From Candidatus Pacearchaeota archaeon (GTDB lineage: Archaea > Nanobdellota > Nanobdellia > Pacearchaeales > GW2011-AR1), in contig JAGVWS010000033.1 in assembly GCA_018304165.1 (NCBI GenBank), positions 60 through 64,059 on the forward strand: 64,000 nt of DNA. The letters run 5' to 3'. A program made the translations under genes and the position numbers. The stretch's first letter is position 1. Each line of letters opens with the position of its first letter. Under the pieces are notes generated by a model that saw nothing but the letters and a program-made list of their open reading frames with translations, ran no database searches and was not told the DNA's origin. This document shows positions 35,462 to 44,358 of this stretch, one piece after another.

Positions 35462-36003
35462 TATCTGCCTCCTGACTTTCCTTCAACAGGTTTATTCTTT
35501 GATGCGCCAACTCCCACACTGATTCTGGACTTCTTATTTTCCCTAAAGTGGCTCTTAGTCCTCTGTCCTCTTGTTGGAAGCCCAAGAGCATGCCTCAATC
35601 CCCTGTAACTTCTTATCTTCTTCAATAGCTTGATATCAAATTCCTTCCTTAAGTCCAAATCAGTGCTTGTCAGATGCCTGTCCTCTCCGGTATTAGCATC
35701 CTTTCTTCTATTCAGCAGGAAAGAAGGCAATTTTGGATTTTTTATAAACTCTTCAATTGTTTTTATCTCTTCTTTGCTCAAATCGCCTATCTTTTTTGCA
35801 GGATTTATTTTGATAGCAGAGCATATTCCGTTGGATACGGCCCATGAGACGCCTTTTATTCTTGTCAGCCCAACTATTACTTTCTTGCTGCTTTTTATGT
35901 CTTTATCGAGAATTCTTATTAGAGATTCTGTCTGCTGTTCCGCCGACGGGCGATCTTTTATTTTATCTTCTTTTACTTTCTCTTTCGTTTCTTGTTTTTT
36001 CAT
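35461..36003 (-). CDS. rps13: 30S ribosomal protein uS13 with KE-rich N-terminal extension
   Basis: uS13 core (GLTRIKGVSWAVSNGICSAI...GLRHALGLPTRGQRTKS). Confidence 0.85.
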   Translation of the reverse strand: MKKQETKEKVKEDKIKDRPSAEQQTESLIRILDKDIKSSKKVIVGLTRIKGVSWAVSNGICSAIKINPAKKIGDLSKEEIKTIEEFIKNPKLPSFLLNRRKDANTGEDRHLTSTDLDLRKEFDIKLLKKIRSYRGLRHALGLPTRGQRTKSHFRENKKSRISVGVGASKNKPVEGKSGGR

Positions 36004-36004
36004 T

Positions 36005-36550
36005 TTACCTCACAAACAATCTGTGCCTCTCATTTTGTGTTAACTCCTCAAATATTCTTTTCTCTACTGCTTTAACAGGATTTGGCAGGGAATGCAGCCT
36101 TTCTCTTATATCTTTAAAACTTTCGAAGGGCTTTTTCTCCCTTTCCTTTAAGATTTCTGTAGTGTGCTTTCTTCCGAAGCCGGGAAGCAATTCCAATTGA
36201 TGCATTCGCGTGTTTATAGCATCTGCCTTGTTGAAAAATTCAATAAACCTTTTCTCGTTTTCCTCAACTATTGATGCAATAATTTCTGCAAGATTTATCT
36301 TGGCAGTTTCTGTCAGATTCTCTCCGGGTAATCTTCCCAGGATATAATATACCTTGTCTCTCTTTCCCTCTCCTATATATACCTTTTCTTTAAGTGCTAA
36401 GGACATGCCCTTCCTTGGCACCAGATGAAGCAGGGTAAATCCAGAAAGCCCCATAGCTTGGGCTACAGGAGTCCTTTTCTTTTCTAGCGGATAACCATAT
36501 GGCAGGTAATCTAGCACAATAGCATACTCTTCCCTTTCCATCTTCATCAC
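36005..36550 (-). CDS. DUF655-family protein (predicted HhH RNA-binding protein; conserved neighbour of L21e/RpoF)
   Basis: Characteristic start EEYAIVLDYLPYGYP and HhH region (LELLPGFGRKHTTEILKER). Confidence 0.6.
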   Translation of the reverse strand: MMKMEREEYAIVLDYLPYGYPLEKKRTPVAQAMGLSGFTLLHLVPRKGMSLALKEKVYIGEGKRDKVYYILGRLPGENLTETAKINLAEIIASIVEENEKRFIEFFNKADAINTRMHQLELLPGFGRKHTTEILKEREKKPFESFKDIRERLHSLPNPVKAVEKRIFEELTQNERHRLFVR

Positions 36551-36858
36551 TTGTATTTCTTGACAAGTTCAAGTATTTTATTGATTTCATCTTTTGACAA
36601 TCCCGTATCAGCGAATATTTTCAATATGTCTGCCTCATCTTCCGGCAGAGTGTCAATTATTTTTATGACATGCTCTGGTTTTACTTTTAGATAGTCAAGC
36701 TTTTCTATTTCATCCCTCAGACTCTTTGCATCTTTGACGCTTATTTTATTGAACTTCTTTATGAAAGCCATTATCTCTTTCTTTTCTTCTTTGTCACCGG
36801 CATTTTCAATTATCTCTTCCGATTCGCTCAAGCTCAATGGTTTAATGTCAATTATCAT
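36547..36858 (-). CDS. Probable RNA polymerase subunit F (Rpb4 homolog)
   Basis: Acidic helical 103-aa protein in the conserved L21e-RpoF-DUF655 arrangement. Confidence 0.45.
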   Translation of the reverse strand: MIIDIKPLSLSESEEIIENAGDKEEKKEIMAFIKKFNKISVKDAKSLRDEIEKLDYLKVKPEHVIKIIDTLPEDEADILKIFADTGLSKDEINKILELVKKYK

Positions 36859-36913
36859 TTTTCTGTTTTATCTGGTTTCTGATTTAATGTCAATTATCAT
36901 TTTTCTGTTTTAT

Positions 36914-37186
36914 CTAAGCAAGTTTTTTTAAATGAACGGGATGTATTATATGTGTTTTTTCCTGGTCGTAATCCATTATCCTGACAATATAGAACTTTCC
37001 TTTCTTGCCGTCAACAGTTCCTGTCCTGCCCTGCAGAGTCTTTGGAAATTTAGGCATTTCCGAAAGTTCCCTGACTACTGCTACCCTGTCGCCTTTATTA
37101 AGCTCTTTGAAGTATTCACTAAGCCTCAGCTTCCCTCTCCGACGGATTCGTTTTCTCTTCATCATTTTGCTTTTTATCCCAGTCAA
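36914..37186 (-). CDS. rpl21e: 50S ribosomal protein L21e
   Basis: KGDRVAV...QGRTGTV...KFYIV... pattern and size (90 aa) typical of L21e. Confidence 0.7.
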   Translation of the reverse strand: MTGIKSKMMKRKRIRRRGKLRLSEYFKELNKGDRVAVVRELSEMPKFPKTLQGRTGTVDGKKGKFYIVRIMDYDQEKTHIIHPVHLKKLA

Positions 37187-37354
37187 TTAAAATATTTCTC
37201 TTTCTACCTTTTTAAGCTTATCTCTTCGTCATCTTATAGTGCTAATATAAGTAAGATATAAATTGTGTATATAATTGAATAACTCATGATATGACCTAAA
37301 ATAAATAAGACAGCAGATTCTATACACAATATTCTAAATAATCTTTGCTGTAAC

Positions 37355-37552
37355 CTACATCCTCTTTGACATCCGAGGGTAGTTTGTTTCCACACTTCCC
37401 TGCATTAAATCTCCTCTTTCCCTGGCATCCTGCATGCTCTTTACGATTGTATTGAACATCTTTTCCCCCCATACACCCTTCCCGCAGTCGTTGCAGAAGT
37501 CTATGACAGAATTCTCATCAATCTCTTTTTTGCAGTAGATGCATTTTTTCAT
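37355..37552 (-). CDS. Zinc-ribbon protein (two CxxC pairs)
   Basis: CIYCKKEI...CNDCGKGVWG. Confidence 0.4.
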   Translation of the reverse strand: MKKCIYCKKEIDENSVIDFCNDCGKGVWGEKMFNTIVKSMQDARERGDLMQGSVETNYPRMSKRM

Positions 37553-37597
37553 CTGTTCGTCTAATAGAATGCTTTTTTTAAATCTTTCTTTATTTCA

Positions 37598-37727
37598 GTA
37601 TCTTATGTGCTTAATTAGAAGTTAAACTTAAAGTATACTGCTAATGTAAATCCTATTTGTTTATTCTAATGCTCTGGCTTGTTGAACATCACGAGCCGCG
37701 GCGTATATAATTAATTATAAGAGGATT
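37598..37727. repeat. Conserved about 85-bp module shared with 2596-2680, preceded by a degenerate TIR-like end
   Basis: taatgtaaatcYtat...cttgttgaacatcacgagccgcg..gt.ta.aattaattataa is shared. Both copies lie about 130 bp upstream of minus-strand genes (2506 and 37552). Confidence 0.55.
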
Positions 37728-37798
37728 AGAATATTATATCTTATTTATTAAAGATATATTCATCTTTTAAGCAATTCTATCAGAAATGCTCAATTTCA

Positions 37799-38134
37799 TC
37801 ACTCATACCTTAGGGCATCAACGGGCTTTAGATTTGAAGCTCTCAATGCGGGCACTACTCCTGAAAATGCTCCAATAAGGAAGGAGAATGCAAGGCAGCT
37901 AATTATTAAAGGAGCCCCGATATATGCTTTGAGCAAATTCGTTTCAAGTTGGTTTATTGCTATAAATTCAACGGTCTTGCTTACTCCAATCCCCAGTAAA
38001 ACTCCAACAATTCCTCCAACCAGTCCTATTAACCCCGCTTCAATGAGGAAAATCATCATAATGTCTTTATTCTTAGCCCCAACAGCCTTCATCACTCCAA
38101 TATCCTTTGTTCTTTCAAGCACTGAAGTAAACAT
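37799..38134 (-). CDS. FtsX/MacB-type ABC permease, C-terminal fragment (TM3-TM4), paralog 1
   Basis: Starts at the conserved FTSVLERTKDIG loop motif; two TM helices. Its N-terminal partner is ORF 38115-38915, in another frame. Confidence 0.55.
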   Translation of the reverse strand: MFTSVLERTKDIGVMKAVGAKNKDIMMIFLIEAGLIGLVGGIVGVLLGIGVSKTVEFIAINQLETNLLKAYIGAPLIISCLAFSFLIGAFSGVVPALRASNLKPVDALRYE

Positions 38135-38915
38135 TTCCGAGGAGTTCTTCCGGAGTTAAAATATTAAAATCCTGAGTTTTTTCAGTTACTCCTCTTGCTT
38201 TCCTTAACTCTTCTTCCACATCTCCTGCAACTTTAATTAAATCCTCTCCCTCATCAACCTGTATGACGCTCCAGTCCACTCTTTCAGATATATTGAAGAA
38301 CTCCCTGAATCTTTCTATGTCCATTATTATTAATCTGTCATCGTCTGGGTTTCCAATTTTCTTTATAATGCCTCTCACCTTGAATTTTTCTTCGTTAAGA
38401 GAGAGCGAATCGCCCGATCTGATTTCCCTGCCAAATAGGTTTCCTGTCTTGTGCAAATTCCCCAAAACTATCCCGCTCTCCCCCTTTCTTATGAATCTTC
38501 CCTCATCTATCTTGTAATTTCCCATTTCAATATACAGTTCTGTTTCAGTCTTCATTCCCCAGACCATCATGTATCTTACATTGTCATTAAATTCCACCCT
38601 TGCATTTCCAACGACTGCAGGAAGAACATCTCTTACTCCTTTCACATTTTCTATAACTCTTACATCTTCATCTGTAAGAATCACTCCCCCGACGCTTCCC
38701 GGAGGTCCTAAAAAGCCTGTTCCTGGCTGAATGAAGAATTTGTCCGTCCCAAGAGATTTAAATTGCTCCTCAACGGCGTTTTGCAGCCCCAATGATAAAC
38801 TGATAAGCATGAAGATTGTCGCAACAGAAACAAAAATTCCTATTATAGCGAGGGCAGTCCTAAGCTTCCGCCTCTTCAGATTCTTTAACGCCAGTAACAT
38901 ATAGTCTCTCATCAT
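38115..38915 (-). CDS. FtsX/MacB-type ABC permease, N-terminal fragment (TM1 plus extracytoplasmic domain), paralog 1
   Basis: N-terminal TM (LRTALAIIGIFVSVATIFMLISLSLG) plus MacB-like periplasmic core. Ends 20 nt inside the next ORF; TM2 is absent. Confidence 0.55.
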   Translation of the reverse strand: MMRDYMLLALKNLKRRKLRTALAIIGIFVSVATIFMLISLSLGLQNAVEEQFKSLGTDKFFIQPGTGFLGPPGSVGGVILTDEDVRVIENVKGVRDVLPAVVGNARVEFNDNVRYMMVWGMKTETELYIEMGNYKIDEGRFIRKGESGIVLGNLHKTGNLFGREIRSGDSLSLNEEKFKVRGIIKKIGNPDDDRLIIMDIERFREFFNISERVDWSVIQVDEGEDLIKVAGDVEEELRKARGVTEKTQDFNILTPEELLGNVYFSA

Positions 38916-38957
38916 TTTGCTTTCCTTTATCTCATTTTTTATCTTTGTTCATTCTCT

Positions 38958-39290
38958 TTATTTTCTTAAAGCTTCAACCACATTTAGTCTGCTTGCCCTT
39001 CTCGCAGGAGTTATTCCGGATAATACTCCTATGAAGAACGAAAATACCACTGCTCCTATAAGCAGGGGATAGGATATTTCTGCCGCAAGAAGCTCTACCC
39101 CCAAAGCCCGGTTTGCCATTGCAGAAACTCCGAGAGCTGCTCCAATACCAATCACTGCTCCCACTACTCCTCCTATAAGCCCGAACAATCCTGCTTCAAT
39201 GAGGAAAATCATCATAATGTCTTTATTCTTAGCCCCAACAGCCTTCATCACTCCAATATCCTTTGTTCTTTCAAGCACTGAAGTAAACAT
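38958..39290 (-). CDS. FtsX/MacB-type ABC permease, C-terminal fragment, paralog 2
   Basis: First 35 codons and about 100 bp of DNA are identical to paralog 1 (39185-39290 versus 38035-38134). Confidence 0.55.
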   Translation of the reverse strand: MFTSVLERTKDIGVMKAVGAKNKDIMMIFLIEAGLFGLIGGVVGAVIGIGAALGVSAMANRALGVELLAAEISYPLLIGAVVFSFFIGVLSGITPARRASRLNVVEALRK

Positions 39291-40111
39291 TTTACTATGT
39301 CAAGGATAGTGCTTACAGATTCCAGGGCCTGAAGAGGAGTTTCAACGCTGAAGCTCTCCTCTCCAAATTTTTCGTTCCTGTCCTTTCTCATCTTTTTTTC
39401 AATTTCAGAAGCTACCTTTTCAATATTATCCTCTTCATGGACTTTTGCGACAATGAGGTCATATTCATCTCCTATACCAAGAGTTTCCTTCATGTCCCTG
39501 TTTGGCATTAATATTGCTCCATTGACTGCGAAGGTGCTCGCAGGCTCGAGGATTCCGATGACTTCAAAATTCCTTCCGTTAATCCTGAGCTTGCTTCCAA
39601 CCCTTATCTTCTTTTCAAAAATATTTTCCTTAGCTATCTCCGAGCCGAGCATTATCTTACTTTTGTCATCATTTCTTAGAAGCCTGCCTTCGCCAATCCT
39701 TGCGTCTATTACATCATATACGACATCCGCATCTTCTTCATCCTGCGGCAAGTCTCCAACATAAACAAATCTTGATACTTTGTTATATTCAACGCTTGTG
39801 ACTCTTATCAGTCGCGTGATTGTATTCCTTACTCCTGAAACTTCTTCTATAATCTTCAAATCATTATTATTCAACTTCTCAACAACTGCGCTTCCCGGTG
39901 GGGCGAAGCCAGTCTGCTTATTCTGTATTGTCAGAACATCCAATGAAAGCCCTCCAAACTGCCCCGTTATCGCTCTCTCAAGCCCGCTTCCGAGAGTAAT
40001 TAAGGAAACAACTGCCGCAATGCCTATAAAAATTCCAAGCAGGGTCAGCCAGCTCCTCAATCCTCTGTGCCTTAGGTCGCTCATCGCAAGAGAGAAATAA
40101 TTTTTAATCAT
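39248..40111 (-). CDS. FtsX/MacB-type ABC permease, N-terminal fragment, paralog 2
   Basis: TM1 (LRSWLTLLGIFIGIAAVVSLITLGSGL) plus periplasmic domain. Reads through the start of the C-terminal fragment in another frame. Confidence 0.55.
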   Translation of the reverse strand: MIKNYFSLAMSDLRHRGLRSWLTLLGIFIGIAAVVSLITLGSGLERAITGQFGGLSLDVLTIQNKQTGFAPPGSAVVEKLNNNDLKIIEEVSGVRNTITRLIRVTSVEYNKVSRFVYVGDLPQDEEDADVVYDVIDARIGEGRLLRNDDKSKIMLGSEIAKENIFEKKIRVGSKLRINGRNFEVIGILEPASTFAVNGAILMPNRDMKETLGIGDEYDLIVAKVHEEDNIEKVASEIEKKMRKDRNEKFGEESFSVETPLQALESVSTILDIVKCLLQCLKEQRILE

Positions 40112-40183
40112 AAAAATTCTTCCAGGATTTGAATTTTTTGGCTTAAAAATTTAGAAATCCGAAAATTTTTAATCATGGGCTCA

Positions 40184-41077
40184 TCACCCCCTGCTCATCA
40201 TCTTCTTTCTCGCTCTTCTCTTTTTTATAATTCTCCAGACGCTCCATAAAATTATAACCAGTGCAATTAATAAAATTATTATTCCCGTATTGCTCTCTTT
40301 TATTATCCCCAGCTCAACTGCTCTTTCTCTGCTATATACTGTTAAGAGTATCTGTATATTCTCAACTATTTTCTTGTTATCAAAGTCCCTGTATTCTACT
40401 GCAGCGTTCATGACAGGAGAAAGGCTGTTCAGGTAAACATCAAAGCCCGCAGTTTCAAAATCATCTGAATCAACACTCCCTATATAAACTTCTTCATCTG
40501 AAAGAAGAGTGTAACCCTGCGGAGTTAATTTCACTGAGACAAATCTTGCATCAGCAAATCCCTTATTAATTATTTTGAGATTTATTCTTGTCTGTTCGTT
40601 AATAACGGGCCTTTCAATTGAAGCAGAGTATTCAAGTGAAGGATTTCCCCTTATTGTTATCCCTATATTTCCATTTTCAGTTTTTGTCACATTCTCCAAT
40701 TCATATTTAATGATATAAGGAATAACATAATCCCCCGGCTTTGCGGAGCCTGAAGCCTTTATTTCAAATGTGAATGTTTCATCATCATCTTCATTTATCT
40801 CATCGGCAGAATCCTGCGAGCTTCCAATGACTGAAAAAGGAGTTCCCGCAGTATTGACTGACAAAGAAACATCTTTAACGTCTCTTGAGAAATCATTATC
40901 CACTTTAATTGTCAGGGCGCTCTGGCTTCCCGGAGTTAAAGTAGAATAATCCACTGATTTTATAGTAAGAGCAGAAGCATAACCTGCACTTGCCAATACT
41001 ATTATTATAGCTGTGATTGATAATAGTGCAAGAGCTACTTTGATATTCCTGCCATTCATGCCATCCATGCCATCCAT
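40184..41077 (-). CDS. Cell-surface protein with N-terminal signal/TM and C-terminal TM anchor plus basic tail
   Basis: ALALLSITAIIIVLASAGYA N-terminal; C-terminal IIILLIALVIILWSVWRIIKKRRARKK. Confidence 0.45.
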   Translation of the reverse strand: MDGMDGMNGRNIKVALALLSITAIIIVLASAGYASALTIKSVDYSTLTPGSQSALTIKVDNDFSRDVKDVSLSVNTAGTPFSVIGSSQDSADEINEDDDETFTFEIKASGSAKPGDYVIPYIIKYELENVTKTENGNIGITIRGNPSLEYSASIERPVINEQTRINLKIINKGFADARFVSVKLTPQGYTLLSDEEVYIGSVDSDDFETAGFDVYLNSLSPVMNAAVEYRDFDNKKIVENIQILLTVYSRERAVELGIIKESNTGIIILLIALVIILWSVWRIIKKRRARKKMMSRG

Positions 41078-41170
41078 ATAACTCCCAATTTGGCCAGCTT
41101 TAAAAACCTTATGTAATAGTCATTTAAAAGTTAGGACAAAGTTTAAATACTCCTCCCTCATAGAAAAAAC

Positions 41171-41992
41171 ATGGAAATTTATAAAAGGCACAGGGGAAAT
41201 TTTGCAGTTGCTCTAGGAAAATTAGCCAGAGCTAAAACAAAGCAAGCCTTTGCAACACCTGCGCAGGGTATGCAGGAAAGAATGCGGCAGGGAATTGAAG
41301 CGGATATTTCTACAGAGGGAGCATGGTATAATGCAAGCTTTAATGAAGTTGGCGGAAGAATTCTCGGAACAAGGGCAGAATTTAATCCATTAATTGATTG
41401 CGCTGAACAGGCAGTAGAATCCACGAGAATAGGAGAGTTTTATTTAGAAGGAGTTTTAATTAATGGAAATCCTGCATCAGAAGTTCTTGCTGAAGCTGCG
41501 GAAAGAGATGCACAAAAACCAATTCATAAAAGACGGGTTGCAGATTTTGGGCAGATGAAGACCCATGATGTTCCGGCTGACTGCTTTGGAGATGATGATA
41601 CAATTGTATTTCTTGCAGAAAGCAAGGCAGGAGCGAATAAGTATGGGTCATGGTTGAGAAAAAATGCAGGAGTTAAGGAATCAAGAGTCCGTATGCAGGA
41701 TATAGATGGGAAGGATAAATCAAGAGGATTTTGGCTTGGCAGGCTTGCTGATGACGGCAGGTCTGATTTCTATTGCGACGACAGGTTCCTCGGCAATGGC
41801 GGCGGCTCTCTGTTTGGGGTATATGAAAGTGCCGAAGGCACACAAAAAATTTCTGAACAGCATGAACATGCTGAACAAAGAAGAATCATTTCTCCGAATT
41901 TGTCAGACATGCTTAAATATTCAAGGCCCTTTGTTCATTCAAGAGACTGGAAAGATTTTGAAAGAGGATTAAGGGCAAAATTTGAAAAGTGA
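41171..41992 (+). CDS. GC-rich (about 45-50% GC) protein of unknown function, probably horizontally acquired
   Basis: Composition clearly above the about 33% background. A decaying partial copy of its 3' part lies at 42330-42430. Confidence 0.45.
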   Translation: MEIYKRHRGNFAVALGKLARAKTKQAFATPAQGMQERMRQGIEADISTEGAWYNASFNEVGGRILGTRAEFNPLIDCAEQAVESTRIGEFYLEGVLINGNPASEVLAEAAERDAQKPIHKRRVADFGQMKTHDVPADCFGDDDTIVFLAESKAGANKYGSWLRKNAGVKESRVRMQDIDGKDKSRGFWLGRLADDGRSDFYCDDRFLGNGGGSLFGVYESAEGTQKISEQHEHAEQRRIISPNLSDMLKYSRPFVHSRDWKDFERGLRAKFEK

Positions 41993-42329
41993 TATTTTTT
42001 AAAGTATATCTCTGTCTAATTGAGTTCTGGCGCAGCCAGAACTACACGCCGGTTTACTAGGGCATATTTAACTTCATTTTACGCCATAAAATTCAGAAGC
42101 GACATTGAGTAGCGATGAAGAAACTAAGAGTGCGCAGAGCGAAACTGAGAAAACAAAAGTTTTCGAGGACTCAAGATGTCAAAATTAAAATAATTTTGAG
42201 CACATTCAAAAATTAACATTTTTGATGAGTGACCTTCTTGAAGTATGAAGCTTCAGTGTGCAGATTAAATTCTGCTCTGTACGGGCAAGATTCTCGGCAT
42301 GAAAGAAATTTCATGAGGTAAACTGGCTA

Positions 42330-42430
42330 CACTGTGTCTTGGCTCAACAGGCTTGCTGATGACAACAGGTCTGATTTCAATTGCAACAACAGGAACCTCG
42401 ACAATGACGACGGCTCTCTGTTTGGAATAG
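42330..42430 (+). pseudogene. Decaying partial duplicate of the 3' region of gene 41171-41992
   Basis: About 85% identity to 41727-41825; the differences are predominantly G-to-A (ggc to gac/aac). Confidence 0.6.
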
Positions 42431-42525
42431 TTTTGGCTGCCAGAACATTGTTGTGGATAAATAATCTGCGGAATATCTAATGCTGAAAACAGCTAATTGT
42501 CAAAACTTTTTAAGAATTTGACAGA

Positions 42526-43230
42526 TTACTTTTTCTTCCTTGATTTTGTTATTCTCTCCACTCTTCCATCCTTGACGTGATAGATTGTCCTTGCATGCTT
42601 CTTTGCCAGTTCAGCATCATGGGTTACCATTATTATTGTCTTTCCTTTTTTGTTTAATTCTTCCAGAAATTTCATTATTTTTTCTCCGGTCTTTGTATCA
42701 AGGTTTCCCGTAGGCTCGTCGGCCAGTATTACATCAGGATTATTAGCAAGGGCTCTTGCTATTGCAACTCTCTGCTGCTGCCCTCCGGAAAGCTGGCCGG
42801 GATAGTGGTTTGCTCTGTCAGATAATTCCACTAATTCTAGCAGCTCATCAGCCCTGGCCTCTCTTTCACTCTCATCAATGTCCTGGAAGAGCATCGGGAG
42901 CATTATGTTTTCCCTTGCTGTCAGATTCGGCACGAGATTGAACTGCTGGAAAATAAATCCTATTTTTCTCCCCCTTATCTGCGCGAGGTCTGATTCCGGA
43001 AGATGTTCTATATTGAGCCCATCAAGATAAATATCTCCCTTCGTCGCCAGGTCCAGGCTTCCTACTAAATTCATAGCACTTGATTTCCCGCTTCCGCTCG
43101 GACCCATTATCGCCACAAAATCACCCTTGTTAATTTCAAGATTAATGCCATCTATTGCTTTGACGATAGCCTCTCCCATCTCATAATACTTCGCGACGTT
43201 TTCCAGGCGGATTAATTCTCTGTTATTCAT
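42526..43230 (-). CDS. ABC transporter ATP-binding protein (MacB/LolD-like)
   Basis: Walker [10 protein letters not shown], signature [15 protein letters not shown], Walker [12 protein letters not shown]. Start set at MNNRELIRL (43228-43230) because the longer ORF to 43500 would overlap rpoN. Confidence 0.8.
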   Translation of the reverse strand: MNNRELIRLENVAKYYEMGEAIVKAIDGINLEINKGDFVAIMGPSGSGKSSAMNLVGSLDLATKGDIYLDGLNIEHLPESDLAQIRGRKIGFIFQQFNLVPNLTARENIMLPMLFQDIDESEREARADELLELVELSDRANHYPGQLSGGQQQRVAIARALANNPDVILADEPTGNLDTKTGEKIMKFLEELNKKGKTIIMVTHDAELAKKHARTIYHVKDGRVERITKSRKKK

Positions 43231-43281
43231 AAGATTATCATGAGAGGAAAGCTTTAAAAATATGCTTTTTATGAAGAATAT

Positions 43282-43479
43282 ATGATCATAGTCATCCGTT
43301 GTATGAGCTGCGGCAAACCCATTGCGCACTTGTACGAAAAGTTTAAACAGCGTACTGCCAATGGAGAATCTGCGCGGGACGTTCTTGATGATCTTGGACT
43401 CAAGAGATATTGCTGCCGCTCCGCTTTCATGGGTCAGGTTGATTTGATTGAGGAGATTTCTAAATTCAAAAAATCTTGA
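43282..43479 (+). CDS. rpoN: DNA-directed RNA polymerase subunit N (Rpb10 homolog)
   Basis: IRCMSCGKPI...LGLKRYCCR... zinc-bundle signature; 65 aa. Confidence 0.85.
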   Translation: MIIVIRCMSCGKPIAHLYEKFKQRTANGESARDVLDDLGLKRYCCRSAFMGQVDLIEEISKFKKS

Positions 43480-43584
43480 AGATTTGATTTTTTGAGCCAC
43501 GAAAATTGAAAATTTTTGATGTTTAAGAAGAGTTAAAAAATCCTTATCTGATAAGCTCCATAATCAACCTAATATGTGTAATCC

Positions 43585-43752
43585 GCTCAGATTATAATAA
43601 GTTGCATGATTTGTATTAGTGATAATTAATTCTGCAAAACGCTCAGATTATAATAAGTTGCATGATTTGTATTAGTGATAATTAATTCTGCAAAACGCTC
43701 AGATTATACTATGTTGTATGATTTGTATTAGTGATAATTAATTCTGCAAAAT
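43585..43752. repeat. 56-bp tandem repeat x3
   Basis: cgctcagattataataagttgcatgatttgtattagtgataattaattctgcaaaa repeated; third copy slightly diverged. Confidence 0.8.
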
Positions 43753-43774
43753 TAGTTGACATATAAAATATTGG

Positions 43775-44032
43775 TTATTTTATTGCCCATCTTCTCTTCG
43801 TTCCACAATTACTGCACACAATTACTTTCAGATTATTTTTTATTCTTATCTTATCATTAAAGTTATAGATGCGATAGCACTTCTGGCAGAACCTTCTTTT
43901 AAGCTTTCCAAGTTTAAAATTAATTGACATAGCTTTCTTCTTGATCTTTCTTATCTGTTCAGGTGTTTTATCTTTAAGATTTTCAAAGAACTTGTCAACC
44001 TCGTTCTTTATTTCTTCGCGGTTTTTGGGCAT
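43775..44032 (-). CDS. RNase P protein subunit Rpr2/Rpp21-like (zinc ribbon)
   Basis: Basic helical N-terminus, then FCQKCYRI...CSNCGTKRR zinc ribbon; 85 aa. Confidence 0.55.
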   Translation of the reverse strand: MPKNREEIKNEVDKFFENLKDKTPEQIRKIKKKAMSINFKLGKLKRRFCQKCYRIYNFNDKIRIKNNLKVIVCSNCGTKRRWAIK

Positions 44033-44087
44033 GAAAGACTAAATATCTTCACTTATAAAAACCTTGGGTGCTCAAAATTAAAGAATG

Positions 44088-44205
44088 ACGAAGACAGCAC
44101 CCAAGCTTCGCCTCTTGTGGGAGACTAACACAGTAGGCGTAACCTGCTTGACTTCCGAGTTCGGGATGAGTTCGGGTATTTCCAGGTTACTATGGCCGTC
44201 TTCTG
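44088..44205 (-). rRNA. rrf: 5S ribosomal RNA (unlinked)
   Basis: Reverse complement reads GAAGACGGCCATAGTAACCTGGAAATACCCGAACTCATCCCGAACTCGGAAGTCAAGC...GGGTGCTGTCTTC, with the CCCGAAC...GGAAGT.AAGC core and a 9-bp terminal helix I. Confidence 0.8.
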
Positions 44206-44265
44206 GATTAGGGAAACTTAAAGGTATTTAAAGCTTGTGTTATGCAATATTTTAGGGAAGTTGAA

Positions 44266-44349
44266 GCAGGAGTAGCGAAGTGGTCAAACGCGCGGGACTC
44301 AAGATCCCGTCCTTTAGTAGGTTCGGAGGTTCAAATCCTTCCTCCTGCA
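44266..44349 (+). tRNA. tRNA-Leu (anticodon CAA), type II
   Basis: Acceptor GCAGGAG/CTCCTGC, A73, anticodon stem CGGGA/TCCCG with loop CTCAAGA, long variable arm, T-loop TTCAAAT. Confidence 0.85.
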
Positions 44350-44358
44350 TCTTGGAAA

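Noticed and set aside
43231-43500. Long N-terminal extension (90 aa) of the ABC ATPase ORF 42526-43500.
   Set aside because: It overlaps the well-supported rpoN gene (43282-43479) on the opposite strand and has no ABC motifs. The ATPase domain begins at MNNRELIRL (43228-43230).
44242-44358. N-terminal 39 codons of ORF 44242-44850.
   Set aside because: They are the in-frame translation of tRNA-Leu(CAA) at 44266-44349 (GVAKWSNARDSRSRPLVGSEVQILPPA). The Nudix CDS most likely starts at Met 44359.
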